Positions 1 to 8,894 of a DNA stretch of 64,000 bases are shown here, piece by piece. A model generated the notes under the pieces. The model saw only the letters and a program-made list of their open reading frames with translations, had not been told where the DNA came from and searched no databases. This DNA is from a virus. The stretch's first letter is position 1. Each line of letters opens with the position of its first letter. The stretch is from IMG/VR virus record IMGVR_UViG_3300017991_002758, positions 35,602 through 99,601 of that record; one strand, 5' to 3'. Made by a program: the position numbers and the translations under genes.

Positions 1-257
1 ATCGGACTAACCGCCAACGGGCAGGCAGGGGAGTGACCCAGTTCCTCATCAATGAGATGGGCAAGGGAGCGTTTCGCTCAACGAATCCCGCGGACGCATT
101 TTTCGTCGACGCGTCCGACGCGCTCAATCCCGTGGCCAACGAATTCGCGGGCATCATGACCATTCGCATAGGCTTGGCGACGAACAAGCCAACAGACTGG
201 ATCATCCTGCTCATAACTCAGGATACCAGGGCGCTCGAGGAAAGCCTCGCGGCCTAA
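1..257 (+). CDS. Tail sheath protein, C-terminal end (truncated by window start)
   Basis: GAF...AFFVDASDALNP...IRIGLATNKPTDWIILLITQ resembles the sheath C-terminus; lies directly upstream of the tube gene. Confidence 0.85.
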   Translation, partial: RTNRQRAGRGVTQFLINEMGKGAFRSTNPADAFFVDASDALNPVANEFAGIMTIRIGLATNKPTDWIILLITQDTRALEESLAA

Positions 258-269
258 TAGGAGGAGACC

Positions 270-725
270 ATGGGAACACCGACCAATTGGGATAAAAAGT
301 TCTCCTTCGTAGTGGAGATTGACGGTGTGGCGCGTGCAGCTTTCGCTCGTTGCAGCGAGATTGCCGGCGAAGCCGCAAACGTCGCCTACAAAGAAGGCGG
401 ACGGCTGCACCCGCACAATGCGCCCGGAACCGTCACCTTCCCCGAGGTCACACTCGAAAGGGGAGCGACGGACGACTACGACATGTACAACTGGTTCCGC
501 GACACATACGATGCCGCGGCCGGGACGGGTATGGTGCCACCGGATCTGTTCAGAACGCTGGACGTAGTTCAACGCGACAGGGCCGGCGAGGAGCTGAAGC
601 GATTCAGGCTGTACAAATGCTACTGCCGCAGATGGTCGGGAGGCGATTGGGATAACGACGCTGACGAGGTCAGGATCGAAACTTCCATCATCGTCTACGA
701 TTATTTCGAGCAGCTGCCAGTTTAG
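270..725 (+). CDS. Contractile tail tube protein (T4 gp19-like / CIS-type tube)
   Basis: F.F.VEIDG..AAF..CSEI..E...YKEGG...PG.V.F.EVTLERG...YNWF pattern; GGAGG SD; follows the sheath. Confidence 0.9.
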   Translation: MGTPTNWDKKFSFVVEIDGVARAAFARCSEIAGEAANVAYKEGGRLHPHNAPGTVTFPEVTLERGATDDYDMYNWFRDTYDAAAGTGMVPPDLFRTLDVVQRDRAGEELKRFRLYKCYCRRWSGGDWDNDADEVRIETSIIVYDYFEQLPV

Positions 726-847
726 AAGAAGTAATGGCCGTGCTGGTGCGGCCGTGGGAATAGGCAACGCCGAGGACGGAGCGCATCGCGCTCCTACTCG
801 GCCGGTCCCCAAAATTGGGACAGAAAAGGAAAGGCAAGGAGGGGTAT

Positions 848-1678
848 ATGCATACCGAGACCGTGAAATTGCCCTCTAGGGCAGTGATTACAATCCGCAA
901 AATGTCTCTAAACGATCAGAGCAACCTGGCTTCAGTGATGCGTTCGCAACGCGCCAAGCAAGACCAGGTGCTAGTCGACATGGTAGCCAGATGCGCTTTG
1001 GGATTCGAGGATACCGGGCCTTACCCGTGGGCCGAAGAAAGCAACAAGATCATTTGGAAGGACATGCTGCAAGGCGACTTTCTCGCGGCGCTGATCGCGC
1101 TGAGAAAATTCTCCTACCGAGAGGGCAAGGAGTACGAGGTTGACCTGAAATGCCCGGACAGAAGTTGCAATAACAGGTTCCAATGGAAGGTGGATCTCGA
1201 TGATGATCTGTACTACCAGGAACTGCCCGAAGAGTCGTTCGAGAAAATAAAGAACGGCGAGCCATTTATCACGGAGGTAGATGGCAAAAAGGTCACGTTC
1301 GATCTCTCGTATGTTCGGGACAATGACATGATGGAAAAACTGGCGAAGCGATTCCCGGGCCGTGACATGGCCATCATGTTCAGATCTCGGATCAAGAGTG
1401 TCGAAACAGTTGATCCCAAGGACTTGATGAATTGGCTCGACGGAGAGGGCAAAGGCCCATACGAGGGATTGCTCGCCGACGATGCCGAGGATATGAGAGC
1501 GACGTTTCAGAAGGTCGATTGCGGAATAGATACGGAGGTCGAAGCCGAATGCCCACGGTTTAGCTGTGGCAACGTCTTCACATTTGACCTCCCTTTTGCC
1601 GGCATGCTGACCCCTGGCCGCGGAGCAATGAGGAAGAAGAAGCTCCGTCGCGATGGAGCGGATTCCTCGGAGGATTAA
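848..1678 (+). CDS. Tail assembly chaperone (G-like) with two CP-x-C Zn-ribbon-like motifs
   Basis: Lies between tube and tape measure; SD AGGAGG before ATG 848. Confidence 0.75.
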   Translation: MHTETVKLPSRAVITIRKMSLNDQSNLASVMRSQRAKQDQVLVDMVARCALGFEDTGPYPWAEESNKIIWKDMLQGDFLAALIALRKFSYREGKEYEVDLKCPDRSCNNRFQWKVDLDDDLYYQELPEESFEKIKNGEPFITEVDGKKVTFDLSYVRDNDMMEKLAKRFPGRDMAIMFRSRIKSVETVDPKDLMNWLDGEGKGPYEGLLADDAEDMRATFQKVDCGIDTEVEAECPRFSCGNVFTFDLPFAGMLTPGRGAMRKKKLRRDGADSSED

Positions 1679-1863
1679 CCTCTGAGGAAGTCAGGAAGAT
1701 CCGATTCGAGCTATCCTGGCTGCCGCTCTTTGGTTCGGGCCTCCATATGGGCTGGGAGGAAACGCTGGGCCTGGAAATGGAGGAAGTTGCTGACTTGCTA
1801 GAGTGGTCGGCAGAAGAGAGAGAGCGGGAATTCAGGGCTGCTTTTAAGCCCAAGAGAGGATAG
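1591..1863 (+). CDS. -1 frameshift extension (T part) of the tail chaperone
   Basis: Slippery heptamer C CCT TTT at 1591-1597; -1 frame open to TAG 1861-1863, two bases before the TMP start. Confidence 0.8.
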   Translation, partial: PFCRHADPWPRSNEEEEAPSRWSGFLGGLTSEEVRKIRFELSWLPLFGSGLHMGWEETLGLEMEEVADLLEWSAEEREREFRAAFKPKRG

Positions 1864-1865
1864 CG

Positions 1866-4544
1866 ATGGCCCTCAATCAGTTCGGAGCTGGATTCCTACT
1901 GCAAGGCCGTGACATGGCCAGCCCGGTAATCAAGCGGGTTGGCGCGTCGTTCATGGGCCTGAATAAGACCGTTCAAACCGGAGCAATGGGCATGGGCAAA
2001 GCTCTGGGCTCGCTTGCAATAGGATTCGGCGCGCTGAAGATCGGGCAGGGCATGATGGGCATGGCCAAGGCCACGGCCGATGCTGCGGGTAAATTCGAGC
2101 AGGGCTTGGCCGGCGTCGCCGCGGTTTCGCGCGCCACGGTCGAAGAGCAGTTGATGCTGCACGACAAGGCCCTGGCATCGGCGATGAAATCCCAATACAG
2201 TCCCGATCAGGCGATTGAAGGCCTCACGAATTTGGCCACCGCCGGCCTGAAAGCCAAAGAGCAGATCGAAGTGCTGGACCCTGTGCTCAACTTGGCCGCG
2301 GGTTCCATGGGACAGCTCGGTCTGGGTGATGCGGCCAACGCCGTCGTCGGTACCGTTAAATCTATGGGGTATGAAGTTGGGCGAGCAACGGAAGTCACTG
2401 ACAAGCTGCTGAAAATAACGCAGCTCACCAACTTCCAAACTCGTGATTTTTCAATTGGATTGTCGAGGGCGACGGCAACGGCCAAGATCTACGGACAGTC
2501 GCTAGATGATGCTCTGATCCAGATGGGTCTTTTGCGTAATATGAACATCGAGGCATCGGTAGCATCAACCTCATTGCGCGAGGCCTGGCGTAGACTGGCC
2601 ACAGATCAGAAAGGCCAGCAGGCATTACAAAAGCAAGGCGTGCAGGTATTCGACGAGCAAACGAAGAAAGTTCGGCCAATGCTGGATGTGATGAGTGAGC
2701 TCGCGGTGAAGACCAAAGATCTCGACGACAAGGAACGCATGCGCCTGGCTACAGTGGCATTCGGTATTCGAGGAATGGCCGCTTACAATGCCGTGGCCGA
2801 GGCCAGTCAAACAATCATGGTGGACGGAATTGCAGTAAATCTGAAGGGCATCGACGCCATCAATGCCATGAGAATGGAGCTGATGGAGCAAGGCAAAGTG
2901 CTGGACGAAAATACTCAGGCCTCATTGAAAGCCTCGCTTGGCATAGAAGATCTCAGCGCGGTAATGAAATCGTCCACTGGCACAGCCGAAGCGTTCAGGA
3001 AAAAACTGCTCGACACGTACGAAGGTCAGAAGCAATTAATTACCGGCGCGAAGGAGGCCGTGGCAGTAGTAACTGGCGAGGCCGCGGCGAAACTATTCAA
3101 GCCAATCGCCGCCGGCGTCTTTATGGTGCTGTCCAAGCTGGCGGAATTCTTAAATTCAATACCTCCGGAGGCAAGGCAGGTGCTGATTGGCGTCGTGTCT
3201 GCCCTCGGTTCATTAATAGCGATGGCCGGTGGCATCCTTCTCCTACAAGGCGTTATGAACATGCTCGGCCTTTCCTTCGGGGGTATTGCAATAACCCTGG
3301 GCAAGTTCCTTTTGGTGGCGGCGCCGGTGATGGTGTCGATGACCGGGCTCGGCATTGGGATCTATGCGCTGTACCGCGCTTTCAATTCCAATGCACAGGG
3401 CATCGGCCTCAGTTGGAAGGATATGGTCGACCGAATAAAAACCGGCTGGCAAGTGATTACTGCTGTGGTCAAGGGAGAGGATTTCAGCAAGGCACTCAAG
3501 AAAAATATAGAGAAGCTTGGCATGGAAGGTTTCGTCAAGAAGTTCGAGAACTTTTGGGGCCGAATGCAAGCTCTGTGGAAGGGAATAAAACAGGGGTTCG
3601 AAGTAGGCGTAGCGGCATTGGCCGACTCTCCGGCATTTGCTCGTTTGCGGCAGACCATGAGCGGAGTGATCAGCCTGTTCACGGGCACGGAGATGACGGA
3701 CAGTCAAGCTGCTCTCAAGGGCTGGGAGGAACGCGGCAAGGCCGCGGGTATGAAGTTGGCTAGCCTGGGCGAGATCGCAGCCGACGTGCTGAACAAAATG
3801 ATCGAGCTGGGTCAGGGCTTCATGACCTTTATGAAGAACGTAGATGCCTCGGACATCGAATCCGGAATACACAATTTGGTCGACGCTTTCCGTACGCTTT
3901 GGGACATACTGAACGTGGTGAAAACGGCGTTCATGGGCATCTACAATACGGTAAAGCTCGTCGTTTCAGTCGTATGGGAATCCTTCCGCTGGATTATTCG
4001 CCTAATAGAAGCAGTTGGTGACCTTTGGGCATTGCCGGGCTCGAAGCATACTCTGGATGAATGGCGCGACTTTTACAAAGACAAGCTCGTTGGTGGCCAG
4101 GCATTCAACTGGACGACTGCTGCCGCCGGCGACCTGGCCGATACCTTCACCTCGGAAGCTGACAGATTGGCACAGCGCGACGAGAGCGCACGCACCAGGG
4201 GTAACCGCGAAGTACAAGCCCAACAAAGGCTCATCAACCTTGATAGATTGCGCGGCCGGAAGCGCGAGATCGAGGAATGGGTAAACATGTCCGCCGAGAA
4301 ATTCCACGAGAAGTACAAGGGAACAGCGGCGGAGGGCAACCTGGCATTCGGCGAGGCGCCGCTTGAAATGCAGCGGCAATTCTTGAAGGAGCTCGAGAAT
4401 GTAAGCAAGTCAATAGAAAAGCTGGCGAAGTCGCCGGTTACGGTAAATATCGATGGAGAGAAAGCGGCGGAGATCCTGGGCAGGCAACCGTCATTCAGCG
4501 GCGAGGATTCGCTGGACGATTCTGCTCCGGTATTTGTGCCGTAA
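1866..4544 (+). CDS. Tape measure protein (TP901-type core)
   Basis: 892 aa, Ala/Gly-rich helical; FEQGLAGVAAVS, YSPDQAIEGL..LA.AG and VLNLAA motifs; hydrophobic mid-segment. Confidence 0.92.
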   Translation: MALNQFGAGFLLQGRDMASPVIKRVGASFMGLNKTVQTGAMGMGKALGSLAIGFGALKIGQGMMGMAKATADAAGKFEQGLAGVAAVSRATVEEQLMLHDKALASAMKSQYSPDQAIEGLTNLATAGLKAKEQIEVLDPVLNLAAGSMGQLGLGDAANAVVGTVKSMGYEVGRATEVTDKLLKITQLTNFQTRDFSIGLSRATATAKIYGQSLDDALIQMGLLRNMNIEASVASTSLREAWRRLATDQKGQQALQKQGVQVFDEQTKKVRPMLDVMSELAVKTKDLDDKERMRLATVAFGIRGMAAYNAVAEASQTIMVDGIAVNLKGIDAINAMRMELMEQGKVLDENTQASLKASLGIEDLSAVMKSSTGTAEAFRKKLLDTYEGQKQLITGAKEAVAVVTGEAAAKLFKPIAAGVFMVLSKLAEFLNSIPPEARQVLIGVVSALGSLIAMAGGILLLQGVMNMLGLSFGGIAITLGKFLLVAAPVMVSMTGLGIGIYALYRAFNSNAQGIGLSWKDMVDRIKTGWQVITAVVKGEDFSKALKKNIEKLGMEGFVKKFENFWGRMQALWKGIKQGFEVGVAALADSPAFARLRQTMSGVISLFTGTEMTDSQAALKGWEERGKAAGMKLASLGEIAADVLNKMIELGQGFMTFMKNVDASDIESGIHNLVDAFRTLWDILNVVKTAFMGIYNTVKLVVSVVWESFRWIIRLIEAVGDLWALPGSKHTLDEWRDFYKDKLVGGQAFNWTTAAAGDLADTFTSEADRLAQRDESARTRGNREVQAQQRLINLDRLRGRKREIEEWVNMSAEKFHEKYKGTAAEGNLAFGEAPLEMQRQFLKELENVSKSIEKLAKSPVTVNIDGEKAAEILGRQPSFSGEDSLDDSAPVFVP

Positions 4545-4559
4545 TAGGAGGAATGTAGA

Positions 4560-5213
4560 GTGCCACCGCAGCAATCAGGAAGTCCTGCAGTAACCTCCGA
4601 GCCCAATCTCGGCGCAAGTGCTGGAGAGCGTCCGGCCGAGGGCGCGCGAGGCTGGGTGAAGAACTTGCTCCTGGAAGAGACTGGCAACCCGGACAACCCG
4701 GATATGATTGGGTTTCCCTTTAGACCCACTACCGTCAGCGTAAATACCGCAGTGAACGACGAGAGCATGGACGTCATTGGCATGAGCCACCAATACGACA
4801 CTTACGTGAACACCAGCAATGTCATTGTGACTTTTGAGATTTACATGAACGCGCTGATGATGATCAAGGAGGGCATGGCTGAGGGCTACAATAAGGAAGG
4901 CGGCAAAACAGACCTCGTTGCGGCCTCGAATGAGATAGAAAAAGTCAGGAGATTTTTACAGTCCATTTGTTACCCGGGACTGACGTCAGCCGCGATCATC
5001 GGCAGTCAGCAACCGCCGGTTATTCTGTGCATTCCAGGAATTTGTTGCATTCGTACAAAGCTCAAGCAGCTCGAGGAATTGCATGAGCGATGCGATATAG
5101 ATGGCTATCCGGTAGAACTGCGCCTCCGATGCGTGTTCAAGGAAAACCCAATGTCGCGAATAACGATGGAAGACGTTGCGAGCAACGGCCTCTATAGAAC
5201 GTGGGGAGTGTAA
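4560..5213 (+). CDS. Tail tube initiator / CIS tube N-terminal-like baseplate protein
   Basis: Follows TMP; FPFRPTTV, PP.ILC..G, DG.PVEL.L...FKE pattern. Confidence 0.6.
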   Translation: MPPQQSGSPAVTSEPNLGASAGERPAEGARGWVKNLLLEETGNPDNPDMIGFPFRPTTVSVNTAVNDESMDVIGMSHQYDTYVNTSNVIVTFEIYMNALMMIKEGMAEGYNKEGGKTDLVAASNEIEKVRRFLQSICYPGLTSAAIIGSQQPPVILCIPGICCIRTKLKQLEELHERCDIDGYPVELRLRCVFKENPMSRITMEDVASNGLYRTWGV

Positions 5214-5566
5214 TGGCTTCAAGCGAATACAGCAGATACCGATATTGCACGATCTTGGACGCTGGCGATATTGGCGGGACTCCGGGTACCAAGCTGTTGG
5301 ATGAACGAGAGCCGTTCCGTTTTCGGGATGAGTCGGACAATCGCTTTCACACGGTCGTCGAAGGCGACACTTGGTGGGGCTTGGCATGGAGGTATTTCCC
5401 GTCATTCCCCAATAAATCATTGCTTTGGTTTATCCTTTGTGAATTTCAGCCCGAGCCTGTGGTGGATCCAACTATCAGGCTGGAAAAAGGTACGCAGATA
5501 ATAATTCCCAGCGAGAGGCTGGTCAGGACGAAGGCGTTCAATAGGGAACAGCGGAAGTTCCACTAG
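5213..5566 (+). CDS. LysM / gpX-like baseplate protein
   Basis: HTVVEGDTWWGLAWRYF...LW.IL...DP...L..G.QIIIP. Confidence 0.8.
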   Translation: MASSEYSRYRYCTILDAGDIGGTPGTKLLDEREPFRFRDESDNRFHTVVEGDTWWGLAWRYFPSFPNKSLLWFILCEFQPEPVVDPTIRLEKGTQIIIPSERLVRTKAFNREQRKFH

Positions 5567-5574
5567 GAGATACG

Positions 5575-6960
5575 ATGCCATTTGGCGGAGCACAGGTCAT
5601 CATTCAGCTCATCGACTACGACTCGGGAGATGAGAATTTTTATGGCGACCCAGGCATGATGGCTCAAGCTCTGCAAGAACGGCTGATTATGTTCAAGGTA
5701 ATCGACAAAGACAGGGGTAAGGATCGATTGGAAATCTCGCTCAGGAATGACGATTTTAAAATGATCGATTCACCTGTTTTCGCCAAGGGTCAGAAATTGC
5801 TAGTCGCCTGGGGCTGGCCCGGCGAATTGAAACCGCCTCGGCGTTTCGTAGTGCAAAAGGTAAAGGGCTCCAATCCGATAACCGTCGTTGCTCATTGCAG
5901 GCTTTCACTGCTGGATAAAGAGAAAAAGTCGCGATTGTTTGAGAACATGACGGACTCCGAAATAGCAACGCAGGTCTGTGAGGAATATGGTTACTGCGGA
6001 GGGTTTCAGTGGATCCAGAAGACCGACGTGCGGCGCGATGTGAATCAGGGCCGGCGAACGGATGCCCGGTTCCTCAATTGGCTGTCGCGGAGGAACGGAT
6101 TTGTTTTTTACGAGGACGCCAGCGGCATACATTGGCATGAGAGAAATACTGGGATCGATGCCGCGTACTGGTACATCTATCGCCAAGATCCTGGCCGTGG
6201 AGATGTACTCAGCGAGCCACGGTTCGACATAGATATGAGCCGTGGCATTTCCAAGGTACAGGTGATGTTCCGCGATCCGCGGACAAAGGAATACGGCGAG
6301 GTTTACGGAGGCCCTGACGATACAGAGATAAACTCCCTGGGCGAAGAAGATGAAATGGGGAATCCTGACGATTCCAATCAGGGTAAACGCGCCGACCGTG
6401 TCACGCGAATTGATACGCGATACGAAGGTGTCATCACCAGGGAGGAAGCTCAGTCAATAGCCAATGCCCGGTACAGAATTACAGCGGAAAAGAAATACAA
6501 AATGACCGTTCAGGTCATAGGCAACAAGGTAGTTGGTGCGAAGACGATAGTTGGTTGGGCTGGCATCAGTGATGTGCTCGACGGCCTTTATTACGTCAAG
6601 GAATGCGAAGATATTATCGCCGGCGGCAAATTCGTTCAGAACCTCAAATGCCAAAAGAACGCGCTGAATAAAATCAAAACAGCGAAAAAGGCCAGGCTGG
6701 GAACAAAGGAGAAAAAGAACCCGGCGGTCGGCGCAGACGTTCCGGTGGAGAACATTCCGAAGTTGGTTCAAACTCTGACGTGGACCACCGACCCGGCCGG
6801 CAATGTAATCCCGGCGTACACATTGGTCGATGAGGCTGGCTACTCGCCCGGCGCACTCACGACCTTGAACCAGGATGAAATTGATGCATTAAATGATCAG
6901 CAACTAGAGGCGCTTTACCAGGCCGGCTCGCAATCGGCCGAGCCGGATTCGGCAACGTAG
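5575..6960 (+). CDS. Baseplate hub protein (gpD / gp27-like)
   Basis: FENMTDSEIA, TDARFL.WLS.RNGF.FY and LDGLYYV..C motifs; expected position. Confidence 0.8.
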   Translation: MPFGGAQVIIQLIDYDSGDENFYGDPGMMAQALQERLIMFKVIDKDRGKDRLEISLRNDDFKMIDSPVFAKGQKLLVAWGWPGELKPPRRFVVQKVKGSNPITVVAHCRLSLLDKEKKSRLFENMTDSEIATQVCEEYGYCGGFQWIQKTDVRRDVNQGRRTDARFLNWLSRRNGFVFYEDASGIHWHERNTGIDAAYWYIYRQDPGRGDVLSEPRFDIDMSRGISKVQVMFRDPRTKEYGEVYGGPDDTEINSLGEEDEMGNPDDSNQGKRADRVTRIDTRYEGVITREEAQSIANARYRITAEKKYKMTVQVIGNKVVGAKTIVGWAGISDVLDGLYYVKECEDIIAGGKFVQNLKCQKNALNKIKTAKKARLGTKEKKNPAVGADVPVENIPKLVQTLTWTTDPAGNVIPAYTLVDEAGYSPGALTTLNQDEIDALNDQQLEALYQAGSQSAEPDSAT

Positions 6961-6968
6961 GAGATACG

Positions 6969-7583
6969 ATGGGCGGAGGAACAGGATTTGAAGGTGATGA
7001 TCATGGCGGCCAAAAGTACCACGGCCTGTACATGGGCAGTGTGGTCGACCGCAATGATCCCAATGGTGACGGCCGGGTGCGAGTGAAAATACCCGGCCTC
7101 ATCGACGACAAGTCCGCCTGGGCCAGGCCCAAGGGCATGGGCTACACCTTGTGGGGAATGATCAGGGTTCCTCCGCAGGATGCCGATGTGTACGTTCAGT
7201 TCATCAATGGAGAGCTGGACCAGCCGGTTTATGAGCCGGCCGACGCCGGTACTCGAGGACCGGATGGCGAGCGGGAGATGTTCAAGGAATTTGAAGATCC
7301 GGACGTCATCGTCGCCGGCTTCGGTCCATTTCGCCTGGTAATAGACCTGAGGGAGGACGAGGAGGCCGGAGTCAAGCCCACGTGTAGGCTTAAACAGATC
7401 GCTACAGTAAACGGCGAGGAAACCGATGTCGCGTGGTTCCAGTTGGGCGAGAATTCGGCTCAGATATACGCAGATTCAGCGGTGCAGGCCAAAGCCGGCG
7501 CGATGCTGGACCTGGACAGCGATGGAGACGTCCAGGTGAAGCGGCGCAAGGTTATGCCCTCGAGCAAACCGCTGTCAGGATAG
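6969..7583 (+). CDS. Baseplate spike (gpV / gp5 OB-fold), short
   Basis: YHGLYMGSVVDRNDP.G.GRVRVKIP...WARP...PP....VYVQFING...P. Confidence 0.85.
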   Translation: MGGGTGFEGDDHGGQKYHGLYMGSVVDRNDPNGDGRVRVKIPGLIDDKSAWARPKGMGYTLWGMIRVPPQDADVYVQFINGELDQPVYEPADAGTRGPDGEREMFKEFEDPDVIVAGFGPFRLVIDLREDEEAGVKPTCRLKQIATVNGEETDVAWFQLGENSAQIYADSAVQAKAGAMLDLDSDGDVQVKRRKVMPSSKPLSG

Positions 7584-7691
7584 AGGCGCAACAGGAGGCT
7601 GCTCAGGGCCTCATGGATTTGGCCCGGCCCAGGGCTTGACCCGGCCGGGAAACAGGAGAGAGGGGACGGCCTGTGCGTCCCTGGAGGTGAA

Positions 7692-8468
7692 ATGGCATTC
7701 CCACCCGAAGACCTTTGTATACCGCTGCCGGATATACCGTCGCTGGATGATATTTGCTTCCCGGGAGGGTTCTGTCTGAGCTACATTTGGGACGCCATCG
7801 ATAAGATCCCTCACATGGCCGATGTGAGCCTCGACTTTTTTAGCCAGATCGGGCCGGCCATGGCTCCTCTGCAACCGCTGTTCAATATCCTCGACACGGT
7901 ACTCGCTATTTACCGCTGCGTTGCCGCCATTCCCGATGTGATAACCAGCCTCGATCCCAGCGAGCTGCTGAATTGCCTTCCGGCGCTCGCCGCGCTCATC
8001 GACAAGCTCCTGAAACTGATTCCGCAACTATCTATACCCAAGATGATTATCGCGGCGCTGAAGAACCTGGCGACGCTTCTCAGGGCAATCGCCGCGGATC
8101 TGGAATACATCAAGAGTCAGATACAGCGAATTGCGGACATGATTGACCGCGGCGCCGAGCTCAATGACGTAAAAATGAATGGGTTCTTGGTTTGTGCCCA
8201 GGACACTGTCGAAGGCAGCGTGATGTCAACGGCCGAGGCGCTCAGGGGAATAGGCCGGATTGTGCTGCTGATCAATATCTTCATCGGCATGTTTGGAGGC
8301 CAGGAGATACCGTGCTTCGGAACCCTGTTCTCAGAGCATCTCGCTGACGGCCTGGACGTCATCATCGATTTGCTGTTGGCGATTGCAGAGGTGATTTGGG
8401 AAATAGCGTCGGCGATACCAGATCCGGATTTGGTCCTGACTCTTTTGTTGGGAGACACGAAGTGCTAG
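7692..8468 (+). CDS. Hydrophobic helical baseplate-region protein of unknown function
   Basis: Leu/Ile/Ala-rich with several Cys; SD GGAGG; between spike and gp25. Confidence 0.6.
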   Translation: MAFPPEDLCIPLPDIPSLDDICFPGGFCLSYIWDAIDKIPHMADVSLDFFSQIGPAMAPLQPLFNILDTVLAIYRCVAAIPDVITSLDPSELLNCLPALAALIDKLLKLIPQLSIPKMIIAALKNLATLLRAIAADLEYIKSQIQRIADMIDRGAELNDVKMNGFLVCAQDTVEGSVMSTAEALRGIGRIVLLINIFIGMFGGQEIPCFGTLFSEHLADGLDVIIDLLLAIAEVIWEIASAIPDPDLVLTLLLGDTKC

Positions 8469-8480
8469 GATGGAGATGAT

Positions 8481-8894
8481 ATGGTTCAATTAAAAGAACA
8501 GTTCGGCAAAGGTATTGTCACGCCATTCCAGCGAGACGGTAAAGGCGATTTTGCCAACGACTCTGGCATGCGACTCCTGAAGGACGACATTGGCGAGTTG
8601 CTTGGCATTATTGGTCCGACACCGACCAAGCCGGGTGAGCTCCCGTGGGATCCAGATAGAGGCAGCGCAATTCGCTCCTTGCGCCACCGTCGCATGCACT
8701 TGGACATGACGAAGGCCCTGGCCGAGCAATACACTGCGCGCACAGTCAGGATTTACGAGAAACGTGTGATTGTAGGACCGGCGAAGGTGACCGTGGAAGA
8801 CGACAATAAATTGCGGGTCGATTTCGGTTTTTATCCGAAGGGAACCCAAACCGGCGAGATGGAAACCGTGCCGGTCTACCCGGAGGATCTGTAA
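8481..8894 (+). CDS. gp25-like baseplate wedge / sheath initiator
   Basis: FGKGI..PF, T.PGELPW.P..GS and YEKRV motifs. Confidence 0.8.
   Translation: MVQLKEQFGKGIVTPFQRDGKGDFANDSGMRLLKDDIGELLGIIGPTPTKPGELPWDPDRGSAIRSLRHRRMHLDMTKALAEQYTARTVRIYEKRVIVGPAKVTVEDDNKLRVDFGFYPKGTQTGEMETVPVYPEDL

Noticed and set aside
655-700. Hammerhead-like CTGACGA...GAAAC...GTC in the tube gene
   Set aside because: No stem I or III pairing, and it lies in conserved coding sequence
736-821. HDV-like ribozyme resemblance (GGCCG...GGCAAC...GGGAC)
   Set aside because: The nested double-pseudoknot pairings cannot be built in the required order
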